In this document: positions 42,623-48,029 of the stretch, one piece after another
Layout: each line of letters starts with the position of its first letter
Numbering within the stretch: the stretch's first letter is position 1
IMG/VR virus record: IMGVR_UViG_3300033418_000004
Span: 1 to 48,029 of that record
Origin: a virus
Lineage: Duplodnaviria; Caudoviricetes
Strand: one strand, 5' to 3'
Length of the DNA stretch: 48,029 bases
Position numbers and translations under genes: made by a program
Notes under the pieces: model-generated
The model's input: the letters and a program-made list of their open reading frames with translations, nothing else
The model's database searches: none
Told to the model about the DNA's origin: nothing

Positions 42623-43447
42623 TTAGATTCCTTTCACTTCGACAGCTACGTTGCAAAGGTAGATGCCGTTGGTTGTTTTGCCCTCTTCGTGCTTTACAAT
42701 CAGATCGTGGTCGATAAGCTTGTCACGGATTGCCCAGTATCTAATGCGATTAGCTGGTGTGAGAGCAGAACCTGTGCCTACTGCAAACAGGGTACCGTCG
42801 TCGCCGCAGCAAATGAACGCACCAAGTTCTTCTCTTGGGTTTCCATTCTTGTCGATGAGCTGTTTGTAGCCGACGATGCGATAAATGTCTTTCTCGGTTG
42901 GTTTGAACTTAAGCCAATAAACAGATCGTTTGGTAACGTATTCTGCGTAGGCATGCTTAAGGATAATTCCTTCGTAACCATCTTCGACGAAGGTTGTAGC
43001 AAGATACTTCCAATCATTCTGGTTGCAGTGATACCAGGGCACGATCTGAATACGATCTGTGTTCTGGTACGATCTGAGTTGTCCCGCGCGCTCAATTTGA
43101 ATAAGCTTAGGAACTTGGATATCGAAGATATGGAATTCAAGCTCATCCACATCGTCGTTCCTGTTCACTTTGCGAGACAAGGCAGAGTGGATTCTCTCGC
43201 GGCTCCAGCCGTGCTTGTAGATTTCGCCATCGAAAGGCAGGGGAGGGTAGTTGGCAAGTTCTGCTTTGATCTTATCGCAGAAATGCCATATGTTTCCCTC
43301 CGAGGAGAGAAGAACTGGCTCGTCATGAAAGTATTCGACGCGAGTCCTCTCTCCATTGAGTTTGGGCTGAGCTAGAAAGTCGGAACCAAGTCTGCGAACA
43401 CGTCCTTCTTCAGTTGGGTAACACAACATTACTCCTTCTCGAGCCAT
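42623..43447 (-). CDS. lig: ATP-dependent DNA ligase (minimal adenylation + OB domain)
   Basis: QPKLNGER, FDGEIY, FHIFDI, EGIILK, WLKFKP, FAVGTG. Confidence 0.93.
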   Translation of the reverse strand: MAREGVMLCYPTEEGRVRRLGSDFLAQPKLNGERTRVEYFHDEPVLLSSEGNIWHFCDKIKAELANYPPLPFDGEIYKHGWSRERIHSALSRKVNRNDDVDELEFHIFDIQVPKLIQIERAGQLRSYQNTDRIQIVPWYHCNQNDWKYLATTFVEDGYEGIILKHAYAEYVTKRSVYWLKFKPTEKDIYRIVGYKQLIDKNGNPREELGAFICCGDDGTLFAVGTGSALTPANRIRYWAIRDKLIDHDLIVKHEEGKTTNGIYLCNVAVEVKGI

Positions 43448-43619
43448 TACTTCCTCCTTGCCGTGTCAGCAATAATCGTACATGACAGGAGTTTGATGTT
43501 TGTTTCTGGATGCATCATGGTTGCCTTAGCATCTTCAAAGGCAGGATAGGCTGTTTCCAGTAAGTTGTATTGAGACACAGTGACTGTGCCGTTTGCGTAG
43601 GTGGTAAGCAATAGGTATC

Positions 43620-44027
43620 TCATAGCCCGATCCTCCGCAGTGTAAGTTCGTCCAGTTTTCCTTCAATCTCTTCCATCTTCTCGAGGGAGTAGCCTTCCTT
43701 AATCATAAGCTCGAGGCGATGGATACGATCAGAGTCATCGGCGATGGAAACGCGCTGAATTACACCATGATCGTCTTTCATGAAGGCCAGAGTTGGAATC
43801 GCTGCGATCTTTCTTAGCACTACCCAATGACGCTTGTCTTTGAAGGTAGGTGCTACCACAATCGTACTTGCAAGTACCGCATCAATCTGGCTGAATACGC
43901 GGAGCTCTCTTATGAAGAGCTTGAACAAGTCTTTTTGTGTCTGCTTGTTTTCAGCCGGGAAATACAACTCCTGGCCTGTTTGGAGGGCTGCAGCCTTATG
44001 CAGCCATTCCACCGCTATGTTTCTCAT
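43620..44027 (-). CDS. Hypothetical protein (135 aa)
   Basis: GGAGG RBS; operon order. Confidence 0.7.
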   Translation of the reverse strand: MRNIAVEWLHKAAALQTGQELYFPAENKQTQKDLFKLFIRELRVFSQIDAVLASTIVVAPTFKDKRHWVVLRKIAAIPTLAFMKDDHGVIQRVSIADDSDRIHRLELMIKEGYSLEKMEEIEGKLDELTLRRIGL

Positions 44028-44184
44028 ACGTCCTCCTCCTGCTCGTGAAAGGAGTCATTCAGTCCATCAAACTCCGGGCAGCATTGTAGGTAATCTTCGA
44101 GTTCATTTAGGAGCTCCTCCATACGTTTCTCAGGAACAACCTTGTCCTCGTACACTACCATTGAGATAGTGAAAGTTGCAGTTC

Positions 44185-44448
44185 TCATTTAGGATCTCCC
44201 TTCTTGAATACGTAGAGATTACGGTGGAACAACTCTTCGATGTGGGTGAATTCTTGTTTGTCAGGATTGTAGGGAATGTTGTTGTCATAAGTAGGTTCCA
44301 TGATACAAGCATAACCACCCGGCCCTCCGTTACGACCATTAAGGAATCCAGTGTAGAAAATGGCTTCGTGTGGACAGTTCCCTTTAAACAAGGTAACGTG
44401 GACTTTGTAGTACGTATTAGCTTTCCATCCGCCTTCAGGAGTTTCCAT
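44185..44448 (-). CDS. Hypothetical protein (87 aa)
   Basis: AAGGAG RBS. Confidence 0.6.
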   Translation of the reverse strand: METPEGGWKANTYYKVHVTLFKGNCPHEAIFYTGFLNGRNGGPGGYACIMEPTYDNNIPYNPDKQEFTHIEELFHRNLYVFKKGDPK

Positions 44449-44458
44449 GAGAGTCTCC

Positions 44459-44965
44459 TTAGTCTGTCAGTTCACATTCGGGATAACGGCTGTCATCTGG
44501 CCAACTGTACCTGAGTTGGTCATTGAGAGCCAGTATCATGGATACCAATTCTTGCTTGGGTTTCTCCATTAGCAGGCTTCGGCAGCTTGCACAGGAGAAG
44601 GTGTCAACAGTGCGCTTGCGGTCAGGCTCGTGGAGTAAACAACACTCACGCGACTCGAGCGCGTTCTTTTCTCCGTTTCTAATCATGAGGAATTGACGTT
44701 TGTGCTTAGTACCGCAGCACAGGCAGGATTCAATGATTTGTACGCTGTACTCATCCGGACAGGTTGTCCGAAGGAAAGCGCGGCGATCGCGTTCGAGCTT
44801 GCTAAGAGGCTCACGCTTCGCCTTGTGGACGAGTGGCTCCTTTGGTTCCTTAAAGCCAATGGCAATGAACAGGGCTTGAGTTTCCTTTGGCAGTAGCTGC
44901 CACTCAGCCCATGACGGGTTTTTGACAGTATCCATAACAGTCTCCCTAGAATGGTAAGTTCTCAA
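44459..44965 (-). CDS. Putative zinc-binding protein (start probably MDTVKN)
   Basis: CLCCG and CASC pairs. Confidence 0.6.
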   Translation of the reverse strand: MRTYHSRETVMDTVKNPSWAEWQLLPKETQALFIAIGFKEPKEPLVHKAKREPLSKLERDRRAFLRTTCPDEYSVQIIESCLCCGTKHKRQFLMIRNGEKNALESRECCLLHEPDRKRTVDTFSCASCRSLLMEKPKQELVSMILALNDQLRYSWPDDSRYPECELTD

Positions 44966-45019
44966 CTGCCCAGATCAACAATCCGAGCAACCAAAGACCA
45001 ACTAATACTTTAATCCAGT

Positions 45020-45319
45020 TCATGGCCAGTCTCCTGTGAGCTTATCATCCTTCATGCGCTGGTACTCCGCATCAGCCTTGGAATCTTCGTAGGCAGCTTC
45101 TGCGTCGTGCTTCTTCTGCCAGAGCATAGCCAGAATGTTATTGAACTCAACTTCTGTACAAATGTCGTACAGTTCCTGACCGTCACAGATCACTGAAGTA
45201 ATCGTGATCTCTTCGGGTTCCGGTGGCTCCCAATAGGTTCCAGCAAATCCCTTGTCGTAGTCAAATGTGACTAAGAGATCTGCGCCTTCGTACTGAAGTA
45301 TCTCTTGTTGGGTTGCCAT
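45020..45319 (-). CDS. Acidic hypothetical protein (99 aa)
   Basis: ATG 45319 after GGAGG; Asp/Glu-rich. Confidence 0.65.
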   Translation of the reverse strand: MATQQEILQYEGADLLVTFDYDKGFAGTYWEPPEPEEITITSVICDGQELYDICTEVEFNNILAMLWQKKHDAEAAYEDSKADAEYQRMKDDKLTGDWP

Positions 45320-45320
45320 C

Positions 45321-45515
45321 TTAGCCCTCCATCTTGTGGTAGTCTGTTCCGACCCAGATATACTTCTGACCGAGACCAGTACCGAGTTTGCCAATGCCAT
45401 CTGCTCTCCAGCAGGGCATACACATATCGGCCCACTGGGTTGTACCGCGCCTCTTGCCGTCAACGTACAACAGCAAGTCCTCACGCCCACACAGGTTACA
45501 GCTTTTCTTTTCCAT
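45321..45515 (-). CDS. Small zinc-finger-like protein (64 aa)
   Basis: CNLC..YVDG..WADMCMPC..GKLGTGLGQKY; AAGGAG RBS. Confidence 0.7.
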   Translation of the reverse strand: MEKKSCNLCGREDLLLYVDGKRRGTTQWADMCMPCWRADGIGKLGTGLGQKYIWVGTDYHKMEG

Positions 45516-45610
45516 CTTGCTTCTCCTTTTCTCCGAGAACTATGCTCGGCTGTTCGGGCTGTTTAAGCCCAGGCTTTCGCCAGTTTTTGGGCATATCTCC
45601 TCCCAATTAT

Positions 45611-45639
45611 ATTATAACATAGTGAACATACGTTGTCAA
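45611..45639 (-). promoter_or_regulatory. Consensus sigma70 early promoter
   Basis: TTGACA-17 nt-TATAAT with extended -10 TG. Confidence 0.9.
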
Positions 45640-45654
45640 CGTCTGAGAGTGTTT

Positions 45655-45927
45655 TTATTTCAGTTGTTTTTTAATTTCCTCAGCGAAGTCAATTTTTGAC
45701 TCGGTTGCTGGGATGGTGCAATAGTGTCTGCGTGTGCCCACGCCATAAGTCCATTCGGCAAGCCTAAAGCCGTCTTCGGTTTCAATCCAGCGTAAACCAG
45801 TCTTACCGCAGTATTTGCAGACTTTATCTGAGTATCCGAAGTAAATGCCTCCATAGGAGCTATATTCTGGATCTTCCAAAAGGAGGCTATCCCAAGCATC
45901 TGCTTCATGGTCAAATGTGTCAGACAT
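45655..45927 (-). CDS. Hypothetical zinc-ribbon protein (90 aa)
   Basis: GGAGG RBS; CKYCG..LRW..HYC. Confidence 0.65.
   Translation of the reverse strand: MSDTFDHEADAWDSLLLEDPEYSSYGGIYFGYSDKVCKYCGKTGLRWIETEDGFRLAEWTYGVGTRRHYCTIPATESKIDFAEEIKKQLK
45681..45710 (-). repeat. Dispersed 30-bp palindromic element, copy 9
   Basis: Reverse complement CAGCAACC-GAGTCAA-AAA-TTGACTT-CGCTG; at the 3' end of a CDS, about 40 bp upstream of the consensus promoter. Confidence 0.9.
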
Positions 45928-46092
45928 TATCCTATCCTCCGCTTATATTTTTGGCATCCGTACTTCTCGCAGTCCTCAGGTGTTAGACAACCGTTGCCAT
46001 CTGTCTTGCACACATGCACAGGTGTTGGTGGGCGTATTCTTGCTATGATAGTTCCAGGCGGTCTTTTTGGCCGCTCTTTCTTTTCAGACATT

Positions 46093-46548
46093 TTAGACCT
46101 CCTCAGTATCGCTGTTCTGACGCACGGAGTCATTCCCACCCACCCGCCTCTCAAGGGCAGAGGCAAGCAGTTCCTCGGCCGCGGGCTTGGTCATGGCGTC
46201 GGCGTAAGTGAGTTCGAACAAGGCTGTGCTGTGGTCGAGATTGCCGGAGATATATTCGTCGATTATTAGCATCTTGCGGCGAGATTCCTCTGTATCGAGG
46301 CCAGTGGGTGAGAGGCCGAGGAGTTCTATTTCAGCTTGAATGCCTCGGACTTCAATGGGGAGGGATATTTCACCGGGTACTACGTAAACTATATTTCCTC
46401 GGCGTCCGACCTTGTAAGCGCTAGGGTAGCGATCAGTATAACGGCGCGTGCAAGTAATAAAGCTCTCGGCGCGAGTCTTGTCGGGGAATGTGAGCGAAAT
46501 TCCTTGTTGCCTGTCAATGACAAACTTGATTGCTTCTAACGGTTGCAT
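46093..46548 (-). CDS. Hypothetical protein (151 aa)
   Basis: AAGGA RBS; first ORF after a promoter. Confidence 0.7.
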   Translation of the reverse strand: MQPLEAIKFVIDRQQGISLTFPDKTRAESFITCTRRYTDRYPSAYKVGRRGNIVYVVPGEISLPIEVRGIQAEIELLGLSPTGLDTEESRRKMLIIDEYISGNLDHSTALFELTYADAMTKPAAEELLASALERRVGGNDSVRQNSDTEEV

Positions 46549-46593
46549 AGCTGTGTCCTTTCTGGTAGCTTAGAGTTGGTGGGTCATTGTCCT

Positions 46594-46622
46594 ACAATAG
46601 CACGGAACCGTCAGCGTGTCAA
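46594..46622 (-). promoter_or_regulatory. Sigma70 promoter
   Basis: TTGACA-17 nt-TATTGT with extended -10 TG; shares TTGACACGCTGAC with the 40556 promoter. Confidence 0.75.
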
Positions 46623-46630
46623 GCGAAATA

Positions 46631-46927
46631 GTTTGTCTGTGATGGTCGGTATGAGTCTGTCTTACAGACCGACATACCCATCCCCGGCCTGTGCCAAAAT
46701 GCTGACTAGCCAGTAGGTCACTTTTCCAAGCTGTAATGCTAAAGAGTGCTTAGAAGTCGTCATTCTTTAGTATTATATTTTATTATTTTTTTTTAATAAT
46801 ATAGGGCTTAGGCCAATCTATCACTTAGAACCAATCCAAGCGACCGAGTCACCATTTCGGGGAAGGCCACAGGTGTATCTGTCGGTATGTGAGACAGACA
46901 CAGACCAACAAAAAAGACCGACAGACT
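46631..46927. other. Candidate replication origin: imperfect inverted repeat around an AT-rich core
   Basis: 46655-46674 matches the reverse complement of 46880-46899 at 18/20; many GACCGAC/GACAGAC units; ~38-bp near-pure A/T tract at ~46765-46804. Confidence 0.55.
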
Positions 46928-46955
46928 AGGAAAACTTCTCCGTGTCCATCGGTCT

Positions 46956-46985
46956 CAGCGGCGTCAAAAATTGACATGGTTGCTT
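46956..46985 (-). repeat. Dispersed 30-bp palindromic element, copy 10
   Basis: Reverse complement AAGCAACC-ATGTCAA-TTT-TTGACGC-CGCTG. Confidence 0.9.
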
Positions 46986-47032
46986 GAAGTTGGATAGTTT
47001 ACTTGCTGGCCTATCGGTTGACTGTGGGTGTT

Positions 47033-47362
47033 TTAGAGCTCCATCGTAGCGATTTCAGCGATCTGATCCAGCATGCTGCGAACGTGGGTAACATCTCCGG
47101 CGAAGAACGCCATCTTCATTTCGGCCTGCAGCTCTTCGATAATCGGCAAGTGGGCCAAGCGGTAGAGCTGGAATTCGTCTTTGGTCATCTGATACGAGCC
47201 GCGCGGACTGAGGCGGTTCGCCAGATCCAGCATTCTTTCGGCCATCGCTTGCAGACCGTGCTTAGCACGTTCGATCTGTGTCTCGCGGTCAATGCTGTAG
47301 CGTTCCGGTTCGGCGAGTTCTATCGGTTCGTCATCCTTCCACACTGATTTTGCTTTCATCAT
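47033..47362 (-). CDS. Hypothetical helical protein (~109 aa)
   Basis: ATG 47362 after AAGGAG. Confidence 0.65.
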   Translation of the reverse strand: MMKAKSVWKDDEPIELAEPERYSIDRETQIERAKHGLQAMAERMLDLANRLSPRGSYQMTKDEFQLYRLAHLPIIEELQAEMKMAFFAGDVTHVRSMLDQIAEIATMEL

Positions 47363-47447
47363 GGCCGTCTCCTTGTATAGGATAGGCCAGCCAATAAACC
47401 ATCCAACTACTCCTTGCGCCTTCGACAAGATCCCAGAGCCTAGATAA

Positions 47448-47888
47448 CTACGCTTCGGACTGTTCGACTACCCAGTCAAATTCTTCCTGGGTAATACCAC
47501 CGGAGGACTGCGGCTTGCCGATGAGCGGCTTGATCGCCGCCTCATAAACTGCCTGGCCAGCCTTGGCCATCGTCGCGAGAACCGACAGATAACCTTTCCT
47601 GTCCATCGCCGGTTCTTTAGCTGCTGCCGTGGGCCGTTTGCCTTCGAGGAGGAGCTTAAACCTCTCGGCCTGCTTCTGCTCTCTCGTCCCCTCTTTGGGC
47701 TCGGTGGCGGTTGCGTCCTGACCGCACTGTTTGAGCCCGTACTCAATAACGTACATCTGGGCGGGGTTCATGGTGCTGTAGGTCGGGAACAAGGCGGCGA
47801 TGTTAAAGGTGTTGCCCGTCTTGAAGGTTAAAATCCCGTTCTCCAGCTTGGTCTGTACCTTGGTCGTTTTCTCTTCGCTCATGGCCAT
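47448..47888 (-). CDS. Hypothetical protein, first gene of the early arm (146 aa)
   Basis: AAGGAG RBS; YGLKQCGQDATA motif. Confidence 0.75.
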   Translation of the reverse strand: MAMSEEKTTKVQTKLENGILTFKTGNTFNIAALFPTYSTMNPAQMYVIEYGLKQCGQDATATEPKEGTREQKQAERFKLLLEGKRPTAAAKEPAMDRKGYLSVLATMAKAGQAVYEAAIKPLIGKPQSSGGITQEEFDWVVEQSEA

Positions 47889-47902
47889 TCTCCTTGATAT
47901 AG

Positions 47903-48029
47903 TTGGAGTGTGGCTCTGAGACCTTGGCCAAGGCGCAAGGCATTACACTTCGATTGTCAAAGAACAGCCTACGGCGGGAAGGATTTCTGGCCATAGCCAG
48001 CCCGCACCTGTGTTGTATACACCAGCCCC
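47903..48029 (+). repeat. Terminal direct repeat, right copy
   Basis: Identical to 1-127. Confidence 0.95.

Larger units (their letters stand above)
1..48029. mobile_element. Complete tailed dsDNA bacteriophage genome (podovirus-like morphogenesis module), circular assembly of ~47,902 bp
   Basis: Terminase, portal, capsid, tail and replication genes in two convergent arms; identical 127-bp ends; no host housekeeping genes; no tape measure or sheath gene. Confidence 0.96.

Noticed and set aside
4524-43375. Long antisense ORFs such as 4524-5348, 11343-12260 and 42689-43375
   Set aside because: They are shadows of well-supported genes on the opposite strand and have no motifs or RBS
707-46985. 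Dispersed 30-bp repeats as a CRISPR array, attC or dif sites, or plain sigma70 promoters
   Set aside because: Copies are kilobases apart; no cas operon or recombinase is present; no match to dif or attC consensus; the two copies checked (1 and 2) lack a good -10 at 17 bp from TTGACA
896-47888. Stop-codon reassignment or introns/inteins in core genes
   Set aside because: TerL, portal, capsid, PolA and ligase are full-length and uninterrupted in the standard code, and all three stop codons end genes
29701-47888. Temperate (integrating) lifestyle module
   Set aside because: No integrase, cI/cro pair or ParA was recognised; the ParB domain is fused to a methyltransferase

Overview
The window is an apparently complete, circularly assembled dsDNA tailed-phage genome of about 47,902 bp. 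Bases 1-127 are repeated exactly at 47903-48029. It has two convergent arms that meet at a bidirectional terminator near 29,680. The + arm (896-29643) is morphogenesis: probable TerS, a fibre-like module, TerL, P22-like portal, scaffold, N4-gp56-like capsid, podovirus-type tail genes and a ~2,230-aa polyvalent internal protein. The - arm (29701-47888) is early/replication: UDG-fused PolA, DUF3987 helicase-like ATPase, a small AEP-like protein, ATP-dependent ligase, a Sak4/SSB/exonuclease trio, a ParB-methyltransferase fusion and many small ORFs. I found no integrase, RNA polymerase, tRNA, CRISPR array or recognisable endolysin. The strongest unexplained signal is a 30-bp element with a GTCAA-WWW-TTGAC palindromic core, found 10 times around the genome, mostly about 5-6 kb apart, once inside a CDS. 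It may be a loading site for the ParB-MTase, an operator, or an ssDNA hairpin signal. Other leads are a protease+ART cargo bracketed by internal signal-peptide-like motifs, a possible tip/shaft/base polymeric fibre, a Cys-rich tail cassette, a small exported CxxCH protein, divergent sigma54-type promoters, an origin-like inverted repeat and a structured intergenic RNA. All family assignments come from motif recognition by eye; no searches were run.
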